A DNA stretch of 64,000 bases, from NCBI GenBank assembly GCA_033763555.1, contig JANRKK010000045.1, positions 2,277 to 66,276 of the forward strand. Reading direction: 5' to 3'. How positions within the stretch are numbered: position 1 is the stretch's first letter; each line of letters opens with the position of its first letter. Positions 18,088 through 27,278 of the stretch are shown here, in pieces. Below the pieces are notes generated by a model. It saw nothing but the letters and a program-made list of their open reading frames with translations. It did not search any database and had not been told where the DNA came from. This stretch comes from Alphaproteobacteria bacterium (lineage in GTDB: Bacteria > Pseudomonadota > Alphaproteobacteria > UBA9219). The position numbers were made by a program, and so were the translations under genes.

Positions 18088-19119
18088 ATGAAGCGCGCTG
18101 TTGTTTTTCCGGGATTAGGTAGTCAAGCCATCGGTATGGGTGCGCAACTGGCGCAATCCTTTGCTGAAGCGCGTCTGGTGTTCGAGGAAGTGGATGAGGC
18201 TCTCGGCCAGAACTTGACAAGCCTGATGTTCACCGGACCGCAAAAGGAGCTCGATCTTCCCGAAAATGCTCAACCCGCGCTTGTTGCCGTAGGTGTTGCC
18301 GTCGCGCGTACCCTCGAAGGCCAAGGCGACATCGATCTGCCAGATATGGCCCATTACATCGCAGGCCACAGCCTTGGTGAATACACAGCGCTCTGCGCTG
18401 CCGGAAGCTACGCGTTGGGTGATATGGTGCGCTTTTTAAAGCAGCATGGCCAGATCGTCCGTCAGGCATTCCCTGACCCTATCGGCGGTATGGCCGTTCT
18501 GAGTGGCGTGGATTGGGCGGTTGCACAGAAAATCTGCGATGAAGCCGCGCAGGGAGAAGTCTGCTTTACCGCCAATGATAATGCTGCCGATCAGGTGGTG
18601 ATCAGCGGCCATATTGGAGCCATCAACCGGGTGCTTGAAACTGCGCCTGCGTACGGATGCCGCCGTAGCATAAAACTCCCCGTTTATGCGCCTTACCACA
18701 GCCCGTTGGCTCAGCCGATACTCGACATGACAGGTGGATTGCTCAAAGCCCTGCCCGTGAAAAAGCCGTCATTGCCATGGCTTGCCAATGGTATTGTTGA
18801 GACCGTTACCGATGCCGCTGGTATTGCCGATCTGTTGAACCGTCAGGTAACCGGGCGTGTACGCTGGCGTGAATCCATGATCTATCTGAAAGACCGTGGT
18901 GTCGGTGAAATCGTCAATTGCGGCCCTGGAAAAGTTCTTGCTGGGCTCGCCAAGAAGACTCACGAGCAGGTCCGGACAATTTCGCTGAATACGCCTGAGG
19001 AAATCTATGGCTTCCTCGATAGTCTTGCTTCCGGAACAGATTCGTTGGCGGCCGAGTCTGCTCCCGCCGAAACGCTGGAACGCAAGCAAACCATCTATTC
19101 CAGCCAGGAAAACCTATAA
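18088..19119 (+). CDS. fabD: Malonyl-CoA:ACP transacylase (FabD) with a ~30 aa C-terminal extension
   Basis: Active-site GHSLGEYTALCAAG and overall FabD collinearity. It is not linked to fabG/acpP/fabF here. Confidence 0.85.
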   Translation: MKRAVVFPGLGSQAIGMGAQLAQSFAEARLVFEEVDEALGQNLTSLMFTGPQKELDLPENAQPALVAVGVAVARTLEGQGDIDLPDMAHYIAGHSLGEYTALCAAGSYALGDMVRFLKQHGQIVRQAFPDPIGGMAVLSGVDWAVAQKICDEAAQGEVCFTANDNAADQVVISGHIGAINRVLETAPAYGCRRSIKLPVYAPYHSPLAQPILDMTGGLLKALPVKKPSLPWLANGIVETVTDAAGIADLLNRQVTGRVRWRESMIYLKDRGVGEIVNCGPGKVLAGLAKKTHEQVRTISLNTPEEIYGFLDSLASGTDSLAAESAPAETLERKQTIYSSQENL

Positions 19120-19164
19120 TTAACTAAATCCAGTGCATAACCGACGGACTGATTCTATCCGTCC

Positions 19165-20145
19165 GTGAGCAAGCCTATGGCCACTTCCAAAAAACGTGAC
19201 ATCGCACAGGATATCGCCAAGGCGATCGGCATTCTCGCTGTGGTCTACGCCCATGTTCTGTGGGGCCTGGTCAGTTCCTCTATTTTTGCAGATGGCAATC
19301 CGTTGCATTTCATCGATATGGGACTGCAAATCTACACGATGCCGCTTTTCTTCCTGCTGGCCGGGTATAACGCCCCATCCAGCCTCAAGCGTTCTACGCC
19401 TGCTGAATTTATCCGCAAACGCGCCAGTATGCTGATACCTGTTTATCTGATCTGGTCGGTGGTACAGGGCGGCATGAAATACGCGCTGAGCGGACAGGTG
19501 AATGATCCTGTAACGCTTCAGGATCTTTTAGCTATTCCCTACAAACCCATTGGCCAGTTTTGGTTTCTCTATGCTCTCTTGATTTACCATATCGCTACGG
19601 CGTTGCTTTACCGTCGGCCATGGGTTCTTGCATCTCTTGCCATTGCAGCCTTTCTGGCCAATCCATGGCTGGAGGATTTCCCCCGGGATTATTGTTACAG
19701 CGGTATTTTTTATGTTCTCGGATTCCTTCTGGCAAACAAAGATCTTCCGTCCATCAAGGCAAAACACATCGCCCCTGCCCTTGGGGTTGCGGTTATTGTG
19801 TATGCCTGCGGATTGGCCATGAATTGGAGTTATGGCCTGGACTCGCGCAATCTCTTGCTGTTGCCTGCAACATTATCCGGCATTGGGCTGGTTATGTTTT
19901 TATCTCAAAAATTGTCGGCATCGTCTGCAGGACCTGCTCTGGCCTATGTCGGCCGCGCATCACTCGCCATCTATGTGCTGCATGTCATTTGCTTTGCCGG
20001 ATGGCGCGCTTTTATACTGAAGCTTGGTGTGACGGAGGCCTATGTGCATCTCGTAACAGGTACGCTGGTTGGCCTCGGCGTACCTCTACTACTTTATAGT
20101 GTTCTAGGGCGCTTTAAGCTTCGTCGTTACGCCTATCTTGGCTGA
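19165..20145 (+). CDS. Acyltransferase family 3 membrane protein
   Basis: 326 aa, polytopic, with N-terminal AKAIGILAVVYAHVLWG. It is 45 nt downstream of fabD. Confidence 0.75.
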   Translation: MSKPMATSKKRDIAQDIAKAIGILAVVYAHVLWGLVSSSIFADGNPLHFIDMGLQIYTMPLFFLLAGYNAPSSLKRSTPAEFIRKRASMLIPVYLIWSVVQGGMKYALSGQVNDPVTLQDLLAIPYKPIGQFWFLYALLIYHIATALLYRRPWVLASLAIAAFLANPWLEDFPRDYCYSGIFYVLGFLLANKDLPSIKAKHIAPALGVAVIVYACGLAMNWSYGLDSRNLLLLPATLSGIGLVMFLSQKLSASSAGPALAYVGRASLAIYVLHVICFAGWRAFILKLGVTEAYVHLVTGTLVGLGVPLLLYSVLGRFKLRRYAYLG

Positions 20146-21654
20146 AGCCGGATCTTTCGGCATTTCAGCCTGCCAGTGCCGTGCGACCAATACACCGCTG
20201 AGCAGAAGCCACAACCCCCATCCAGCAGGTGACAGTGCTTCTTCCTGAAAAATGCCATTCACGAAAAGAATAGCCAGCGCCAGCGGAATAAGCGTGAGGC
20301 GCGGTTCGGAAACAAAATACAGGCTCGATTTCCACACGGCTTTCCAGAGATACCAGTAGAAAAAGAAAAGCACGATGGTACCGATACCCATTTGATAGAA
20401 CGCCACGCCAAAAGCGCTTTCAAATCCGAAGTTGGCGCCGAAATTCTGGAAGAATTGAAGGCCCGAGGTTGTTTCATTCAACCCCTTGCTGGACAGGGTA
20501 CCACCGACGCCGATGCCGTGGCCTGCGGGATTCATCAGAAATCCTTTGATGCCGCCAAGGAAGCCCATAACGTGGAAATCCCGGGTCGACAGGCCGTAGG
20601 CTATCCCCACCACAGCATAACCGATCATACAGGCCAGCAGTGCCGTCAAAACCCAGGCGCGATTGCGCGTCCGTATATAAAGCATGTAAAGCCCAAAACA
20701 GACGAGCAGCATAATAAGAGGGCCTTTGGCACCCACAAGAGTTGCAATGACGAAACAGAAGAAGGCCAGAAAATAAAAGCGGTATATGAAACAAACGATG
20801 CAACAAAAAACCAGATCATAGGCATAGGAAATAGGATGAAAGATAGGGCCGTTCGGACGCAAAATACGGAAATCCAGTCCCATCATGCCTGATAGATTCA
20901 GATAATTTCCACTGCTGTGATTGATGACGTCCATGACGTTATCAAACACTTCGGTTTCGGCGGAAGCCGTTGAGAATTTCAGGCGCATAAAATCGGCGGC
21001 ATTAAAGAAGGAATACAAATCATACGTCCAAAAAAACTCCACCAGCCCCCATGTCACAAGAATAAGGGCCAGAAGACGGATGATATTGATGACGTAACCA
21101 AGCCTCAGCCGGAAACCGAATGCCAAGCCGATTGCCAGCAGCAATCCGCCCGTAAGATAGACGCGCACATAGACAAGAACGCTTGACAGGTTTACCTGTA
21201 AAAGTCCCAAAACGGCATAAAATCCGACGACAACAAAGAAGAAAAACATCCAGCGCAGAAGCGGCAGATTTTCCTTTGGAAAGCGGCCGCGCAGTTTTAG
21301 CCAGACCGGAAAGCATATCAACGATGTAAAGAAAATATTCAGAAAGCCTGTCCCCAGAAGCAGACGAAAATCGTCAAAATCTTGGATATTGGCGGCTGCT
21401 AAGGCAATAAAAGCATTCTGAAGAAAAAAACATCCCATAAGCAAGGCAAAAGAGACTTCGGCACTGAGCAGGACAGCCAGAAGTGTCATGGCAATCAGCC
21501 ATATGAATCCAGGTGATCCGAATCCCGTTCCCAAAACGGCATGTACCCCAAGGATTAGCAAAGCCACGGTCATAGCCATGACGGCCTGAATCAGACTCTG
21601 CCGTTGGTCCATGGTGACGGCGTTAATTGTTTTGAATTGCGTGCGCAATGTCAT
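20104..21654 (-). CDS. Polytopic membrane protein, candidate Wzy-type polysaccharide polymerase
   Basis: 516 aa with more than 12 TM segments and a large loop. It is the first gene of an overlapping string (GH5 and UXS upstream, with ATGA/4-nt overlaps). Family assignment rests on topology and context only. Confidence 0.5.
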   Translation of the reverse strand: MTLRTQFKTINAVTMDQRQSLIQAVMAMTVALLILGVHAVLGTGFGSPGFIWLIAMTLLAVLLSAEVSFALLMGCFFLQNAFIALAAANIQDFDDFRLLLGTGFLNIFFTSLICFPVWLKLRGRFPKENLPLLRWMFFFFVVVGFYAVLGLLQVNLSSVLVYVRVYLTGGLLLAIGLAFGFRLRLGYVINIIRLLALILVTWGLVEFFWTYDLYSFFNAADFMRLKFSTASAETEVFDNVMDVINHSSGNYLNLSGMMGLDFRILRPNGPIFHPISYAYDLVFCCIVCFIYRFYFLAFFCFVIATLVGAKGPLIMLLVCFGLYMLYIRTRNRAWVLTALLACMIGYAVVGIAYGLSTRDFHVMGFLGGIKGFLMNPAGHGIGVGGTLSSKGLNETTSGLQFFQNFGANFGFESAFGVAFYQMGIGTIVLFFFYWYLWKAVWKSSLYFVSEPRLTLIPLALAILFVNGIFQEEALSPAGWGLWLLLSGVLVARHWQAEMPKDPASAKIGVTTKLKAP

Positions 21655-22793
21655 GGTGAATCAGTATGCCCGAGGCCCAAAGCTTCTGCCATGGCTTTAT
21701 CAGAATTTCCCCGTGGGTCAATCAAGCCGAAGCGGCCACGATATTCCCAAAGAGCCCAGGGAATGCCCGCTTTTTCAAGCGCCTCACGCACATCCCGCAA
21801 CCAGTTATAACGGCTCTGATCATCAATGTGGGGGCGATAGACACCGAACTCGGTGCAAATGACCCGAACCTTTGAACGCCGCCGCCATTCCTCTACGCGG
21901 CCAATTATTTCTATAATTGTCGCCCGGTTCCAGCCGCGCATGACATATTCTTGAATCTTGGCATCATCCATATCGAAATCGAACTTTGTATCGACGGGAT
22001 AGACAATGGGCGTACGGCTGCGCCATTCCGGCAACCACTCAACGCCATGATGCGTTACAATCATGGGGTCATAAAAATGAAAATCATAAAGAAGATTTTT
22101 GTCCTTATAGGGTTTCATAAGAATAAGTTCCCACCAGCCGCTATGCGGGCCTGTGGTCACGACAAAAGTATTCTTGGGAAAGTCTTTACGCAGATTGTTA
22201 ACCAGCTGTTCCTGCATCTGCCACCAGAGAAAACTTTCGACTGGTGGCTCGTTATACAAGCCCAGAAAAATCCGCTGGGACGGAAAATCCTTGATCACAG
22301 GTTGCAGGTTTTTCCATATTCCCTCGACTTGCGCCATGGTCTCGCGCGGCGTTTCCTTGAGCCTGCTTTCTCCAGCTAGGCCTGGATGCAAATCGATAAT
22401 GACACTCAAACCTTGATTTAAAAGCTCGACAAGGTCACAGCGCAGCTCGGCAAGCCGATCTTTCTGCTCATCTTCATCACTTAAAGTGAGCCAAACAGGA
22501 TGAAGCGGCAACCGGACATAATCGAACCCCTGCCCTCGCAATTTCGGTATATCTTCGCTCTTATAAGATGTGTCCCGGCGATCTTCCCACCAGCGCGATA
22601 AATTCACGCCGCGCTTGAGCGTAACAGACCGTTCTCCACGAGGCGCTTTACTGGCATCGTAGATACATGTATCGGCTGCCATGGCCTTCGATAAAGGCAG
22701 GATGGCGAGCAAAAGAAAAAGTAGGAAAAGGCGGCGCATGCCATGCCACATACACCATAATCGACTTAAATTCACGGATGTTGGCGCGCTCAC
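21651..22793 (-). CDS. Glycoside hydrolase family 5 (endoglucanase-like), secreted
   Basis: The GH5 motifs LGLYNEPP (acid/base) and ICTEFGV (nucleophile) are present, with an N-terminal signal peptide ([22 protein letters not shown]). Confidence 0.75.
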   Translation of the reverse strand: MSAPTSVNLSRLWCMWHGMRRLFLLFLLLAILPLSKAMAADTCIYDASKAPRGERSVTLKRGVNLSRWWEDRRDTSYKSEDIPKLRGQGFDYVRLPLHPVWLTLSDEDEQKDRLAELRCDLVELLNQGLSVIIDLHPGLAGESRLKETPRETMAQVEGIWKNLQPVIKDFPSQRIFLGLYNEPPVESFLWWQMQEQLVNNLRKDFPKNTFVVTTGPHSGWWELILMKPYKDKNLLYDFHFYDPMIVTHHGVEWLPEWRSRTPIVYPVDTKFDFDMDDAKIQEYVMRGWNRATIIEIIGRVEEWRRRSKVRVICTEFGVYRPHIDDQSRYNWLRDVREALEKAGIPWALWEYRGRFGLIDPRGNSDKAMAEALGLGHTDSP

Positions 22794-23740
22794 GCCGCCA
22801 ACAGGTTTTTAAAATATTCAATCGTCGGCTTAAGGCCGTTCTCCAAAGCAATTTTCGGTTCCCATCCCAGGGCCTTCTTGGCCAGGGAGATATCGGGGCA
22901 GCGCTGGCGTGGGTCATCCTGCATGCGCGGGTGATGGCTGATACTTGAGGAAGATTTGGTCATTTTCATAACCATCTCCGCCAGCTCTTTGATTGTAAAT
23001 TCGCCCGGATTGCCAAGATTGACGGGGCCCGTGAAATCATCCGGCGACGCCATGAGTTTTATCAGGCCATCCACCAGATCATCAACATAGCAGAAAGATC
23101 GCGTCTGGTTGCCGTCGCCATGAAGGGTCAGTGATTTGCCTTCCAGCGCCTGCACGATAAAGCTCGACACAACGCGCCCATCATTCGGGTGCGTGCGCGG
23201 GCCATAGGTATTGAAAATACGAGCAACTTTAATGTTCAGGCCGTGCTGGCGGCGGTAATCAAAGAACAAAGTTTCTGCGCAGCGCTTGCCCTCATCGTAA
23301 CAGGCCCGCGGTCCGATCGGGTTGACATTGCCCCAGTAATCTTCTGTTTGCGGGTGCACCGCAGGATCACCGTAAACTTCGCTGGTCGAAGATAAAAGAA
23401 TTTTCGCTTTCCGGCGCTTGGCCAAACCGAGCATATTGATGGAACCCACGACGCTGGTCTTGGTCGTTTGCACCGGGTCAAACTGGTAATGAATAGGCGA
23501 AGCCGGACAAGCGAGATGGTAAATTTCATCCACCTCCACATAGAGCGGGAAACACACATCATGTCGCATGACTTCAAAATGCGGATTACCAAGCATCGAG
23601 GCGATATTTTCGCGCGTGCCCGTATAGAAATTATCGACGCAGATAACAGCGCATTTCTCGCGCAGCAGCCTTTCACATAAGTGCGAGCCGACAAAGCCAG
23701 CGCCGCCAGTGACCAGAACTCGTTTATAGGCTCGTTGCAT
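22790..23740 (-). CDS. UDP-glucuronate decarboxylase (UDP-xylose synthase, UXS)
   Basis: [19 protein letters not shown]...[10 protein letters not shown]... is typical of UXS-type short-chain dehydrogenases. It overlaps the GH5 gene by 4 nt. Confidence 0.8.
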   Translation of the reverse strand: MQRAYKRVLVTGGAGFVGSHLCERLLREKCAVICVDNFYTGTRENIASMLGNPHFEVMRHDVCFPLYVEVDEIYHLACPASPIHYQFDPVQTTKTSVVGSINMLGLAKRRKAKILLSSTSEVYGDPAVHPQTEDYWGNVNPIGPRACYDEGKRCAETLFFDYRRQHGLNIKVARIFNTYGPRTHPNDGRVVSSFIVQALEGKSLTLHGDGNQTRSFCYVDDLVDGLIKLMASPDDFTGPVNLGNPGEFTIKELAEMVMKMTKSSSSISHHPRMQDDPRQRCPDISLAKKALGWEPKIALENGLKPTIEYFKNLLAA

Positions 23741-23783
23741 GGGAGGAATTTTCAGGAAAGATTGATGACTTAAGGAAGGTTGT

Positions 23784-23860
<77 letters not shown>

Positions 23861-24056
23861 GTCACCATACGAAAAATCAAAAAACCACTGAAAAGAGGCG
23901 TGTTTGTGGCTCTTTCACAGCCGCTTGTCAAATAGTCTAGCAACTATGGGTTTGAAAGGCAAAAAATAGCGCTGCCGAAAAGGCCCGTCACACAGCCGAA
24001 TCTGTCAGAAATGGGTTGCCTTTCCTTCACGCCCCGTGGCAAGAAGCCCAAGTTCA

Positions 24057-24078
24057 GCCCCGCGACGGGGCTTTTTTG
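24057..24078 (+). terminator. Terminator-like hairpin (GCCCCGCGACGGGGC + TTTTTT) inside the 5' leader of the NRAMP gene; candidate attenuator or riboswitch expression platform
   Basis: Read directly from the sequence, 55 nt upstream of the 24133 start. No upstream plus-strand gene exists for it to terminate. Confidence 0.45.
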
Positions 24079-24132
24079 CAATCTCACAGGCGCCATGTCT
24101 GACGGCATAAAACGAAGAAAGATGGCTGATAT

Positions 24133-25401
24133 ATGCGGTTTCTTTATCGCTATCCGATTAACTTCTGGCGGAGGCTGGGCCCGGGCCTGATCACAGGCGC
24201 GGCGGACGATGATCCCAGCGGCATTGCGACATATTCCCAGGTAGGCGCCGAATTCGGCTATAAAATCAGCTGGACGATACCTTTCTGCTATCCGCTGATG
24301 GTCGCCATTCAGGAAATCAGCGCCCGTATCGGTCGCACGACCAGCTACGGCCTCGCAGGTAATCTGCGGCTGTTTTATCCCATCGCCATTCTGCGCATCA
24401 TGGTGCTGCTGCTCCTGATCGCCAATACGGTCAATCTCGGCGCGGATTTGGGGGCGATGGGCTCGGCGCTGCAGCTCGTGATCGGCGGTAACACAAAAAT
24501 CTGGGCGGCTCTTTTTGGCGTTTTGTGCGTCATCGCCCAGATGTTCATGGATTACCGCCGTTATATCGCACTTCTGAAATGGCTGACCTTGTCCCTGTTT
24601 GCCTATGTCGGCGTCGTTTTGATTGTGGAGATGCCGTGGCGCGACGTAATGGTCGGTTTGTTTATCCCGCATATTGAAGCCAATGCAGGCTATCTCGCAG
24701 CTATCGTCGCCGTTTTCGGCACAACAATCAGCCCTTATTTGTTTTTCTGGCAATCCACGCAGGAAGCTGAAGATGTCATTGCTAACCCCGATGCGCAGCC
24801 TCTGCTCGTCGCGCCCGAGCAGGCAGCCAGTGAGATGAAACGTATCCGCTTCGATACGATGGTCGGCATGGGTTTTTCCAACCTGATCGCCCTTTTTATA
24901 ATTCTTACGACAGCAGCAACGCTGAATGCCCACGGCATTACGGATATTCAAACGTCCAGCCAGGCAGCGGAAGCTTTGAGGCCTATCGCCGGCCCTCTGG
25001 CCTTCACGATTTTTGCACTTGGCATTATCGGCACCGGATTGCTTGCCGTGCCCATTCTTGCGGCATCTTCTGCGTATGCCGTAGGCGAGGCACTTAACTG
25101 GCGCATCGGCCTTGGCCGACGTCCGCGCGAGGCTAAGGCCTTTTATGCCACGCTCGCGGGGGCTACTCTGATCGGTGTGGTCATCAATTTCACCAGCGTC
25201 GACCCGATCAAGGCGCTGTTCTGGGCCGCCATTCTGAATGGCATCATTGCCGTGCCGATGATGTTTGTGATGATGCACATGGCATCATCCACACGCATTA
25301 TGGGTGATCACACCATTCCCAAACCTCTCAAGATCATGGGATGGCTTTCAACGCTGGTCATGACGGCCGTGGTCGCGGCCATGTTTGTAACAATGTTTTA
25401 G
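24133..25401 (+). CDS. mntH: NRAMP-family divalent metal (Mn2+/Fe2+) transporter
   Basis: GPGLITGAADDDPSGIATYSQVGAEFGY and about 11 TM helices. The 444-aa ORF on the opposite strand is antisense noise. Confidence 0.85.
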   Translation: MRFLYRYPINFWRRLGPGLITGAADDDPSGIATYSQVGAEFGYKISWTIPFCYPLMVAIQEISARIGRTTSYGLAGNLRLFYPIAILRIMVLLLLIANTVNLGADLGAMGSALQLVIGGNTKIWAALFGVLCVIAQMFMDYRRYIALLKWLTLSLFAYVGVVLIVEMPWRDVMVGLFIPHIEANAGYLAAIVAVFGTTISPYLFFWQSTQEAEDVIANPDAQPLLVAPEQAASEMKRIRFDTMVGMGFSNLIALFIILTTAATLNAHGITDIQTSSQAAEALRPIAGPLAFTIFALGIIGTGLLAVPILAASSAYAVGEALNWRIGLGRRPREAKAFYATLAGATLIGVVINFTSVDPIKALFWAAILNGIIAVPMMFVMMHMASSTRIMGDHTIPKPLKIMGWLSTLVMTAVVAAMFVTMF

Positions 25402-25512
25402 GCCATAAAACGCAGGCAAAAGCGGCTTGCAAAGGGTGGCGGGAATTGTATGATGCGCCCCCTGCCCTACTTTTTTGGCATAAGGGACAGACGAATGTAA
25501 GTGCTTACGGAT

Positions 25513-25587
<75 letters not shown>

Positions 25588-25621
25588 ACTTTTACTTAGG
25601 CTTTCAAAAACACCCTGCTAC

Positions 25622-26326
25622 TTAATTTTTTCTACACAAATAGATATTAGCTGTCTGCGGGACTGATCCAGAGGCAGCAAGTCCATAGCTGGCAACCCAA
25701 AAACCGTTGATTTCCTGTAGGCCAGCAAGAGGTCTTTCCGACATAAATTGCAACGTCCACCCGCTCGCACAAGTGCATCCAGACGTACCTCCGGCAATAG
25801 CAGGAAAAATAGGTGTTCCCATTGTTGTGTTTGTACCATTTGAATTATTTCTCGCTTCACACCACCCCGCTACGGCGCCCGGTGGCATGAATCCGTATTG
25901 AGACCAACCATTGGCTGTGCCGTCTGTGCATGCTTCAAGTTTGTTAGTAAATGTTCCCGCTGGCCCAGGAACGGCACGTATTCCGGCCCACCCGCCGCCG
26001 CCGCAGCCACTACTTTTTGTGCCTCCAGACCATAAAAATATTTGGTCATCGATATCGACCGTACCCTTAACCGAAAATCTAGGATCAAAGCCAGGAGGCC
26101 GAGTTTCCCCAGCAACAGGAAGCCCCACACTAACCTGACCGTTTGGAAATACTTGAATTGCCGTGGTTCCTCCCGCCCCAATGGGGAGTGTTTGCCCAGA
26201 CTGAGAATTCAATCCATCCGCAGCCATCGCCGATGCAGACGCAATACATAGAGCAGCAGCAAGACTGAGCGCGCTTAAGCGGCATCGAGCCGAACCGGAC
26301 TTCAAATAAGAAATGGCGTCACGCAT
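25622..26326 (-). CDS. Hypothetical secreted Gly/Cys/Trp-rich protein
   Basis: 234 aa with a signal peptide (LSALSLAAALCIASASAMA), 8 Cys and many Gly-rich stretches. It lies directly 3' of tRNA-Gly, with a long AT-rich upstream region (26327-26675). Confidence 0.5.
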   Translation of the reverse strand: MRDAISYLKSGSARCRLSALSLAAALCIASASAMAADGLNSQSGQTLPIGAGGTTAIQVFPNGQVSVGLPVAGETRPPGFDPRFSVKGTVDIDDQIFLWSGGTKSSGCGGGGWAGIRAVPGPAGTFTNKLEACTDGTANGWSQYGFMPPGAVAGWCEARNNSNGTNTTMGTPIFPAIAGGTSGCTCASGWTLQFMSERPLAGLQEINGFWVASYGLAASGSVPQTANIYLCRKN

Positions 26327-26675
26327 GTGATCCCTCGCTTGCTTTCAGTTTAGAAGCAAAATTGAACTATCTGGGATTAAAGCTATCACACCAGCATTAA
26401 CAAGGTTTTAATCAGGGTTTCCAGCCCTTTAAGGGCTTGTTTTTATGACCCCAATGAACCGACTCGCCAGAGGGTCTATCTTAAATTGGCACATGCCAGC
26501 ATAGGTGAGTCATTTTTAACACATTGATAAATAAAAGAAAAACCAATTAAAGAAAGAGTTTTTTGCTTTCATGATTTGCGACTAAGTTACGAATCGTAAG
26601 TTACTGAAACATTTTTGGGTAGCTGCGGAATCGGTAAGAACTGCTGGAAATGGGTATCTCCAGCCCGTGTAACAA

Positions 26676-26897
26676 ATGAAGGATAAAGCCGTGGTGGTTG
26701 AGCTTTCCCCTATTGCCTATATGGCCTTATGCGGCCTTGTGCAGGACGCCTTGCAGCACCCGAGCGATGCAACGCCTCTTTTGAATCGCGTTGCGCAGGA
26801 GCTCGCCAATGCGACGGCCAACGGTATGCTGCCGTCTGATCTTCTGGAACAGCCTGAGCGTATCGAAGCCCTGCGCCGCGCTGGCATGGCTGCCTAA
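26676..26897 (+). CDS. Small hypothetical protein (73 aa)
   Basis: The ORF has native-like GC and codon usage. No recognisable domain is present. Confidence 0.35.
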   Translation: MKDKAVVVELSPIAYMALCGLVQDALQHPSDATPLLNRVAQELANATANGMLPSDLLEQPERIEALRRAGMAA

Positions 26898-26972
26898 CAG
26901 CCCTTATCTCCGTTCACCGCTAATTTCCTGAGCACTCTCGCCAGAGGCGTGAAGAGCCGTTATAGATAACGC

Positions 26973-27278
26973 ATGACCAATCTTTTTGATACAGGACTAC
27001 TGTGGATCCGCACCCATGTGACGGGATGGGTTTTGCTTGGGCTGTTCGGACAAGGTCTTTTTATGATGCGCTTTATCTATCAGTGGATCGCCAGCGAACG
27101 CGCCAAAAAAAGCATCATGCCGGAAGCCTTTTGGTATTTCAGTCTGGCAGGCGGCATTATCGTATTCACCTATGCCGTTCACCGCGAGGATATTGTATTC
27201 ATTCTGGGACAGGGCCTAGGCGTTTTTATTTATCTGCGGAATATTTATTTCATCTGGCGGCATAAACGCCATGCCTGA
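26973..27278 (+). CDS. Small membrane protein with a lipid-A-biosynthesis N-terminal (LAB_N)-like domain
   Basis: 101 aa with 3 TM helices (WIRTHVTGWVLLGLFGQGLFMMRFIYQWIASERAKKS...). It overlaps the start of the GT39 gene by 8 nt. Such small proteins typically accompany ArnT-like transferases. Confidence 0.65.
   Translation: MTNLFDTGLLWIRTHVTGWVLLGLFGQGLFMMRFIYQWIASERAKKSIMPEAFWYFSLAGGIIVFTYAVHREDIVFILGQGLGVFIYLRNIYFIWRHKRHA

Noticed and set aside
23944-25278. 444-aa minus-strand ORF (His-rich start) opposite the NRAMP gene
   Set aside because: Fully antisense to the NRAMP transporter, which has clear family signatures. The His/Arg-rich low-complexity translation is typical of out-of-frame GC-rich DNA.
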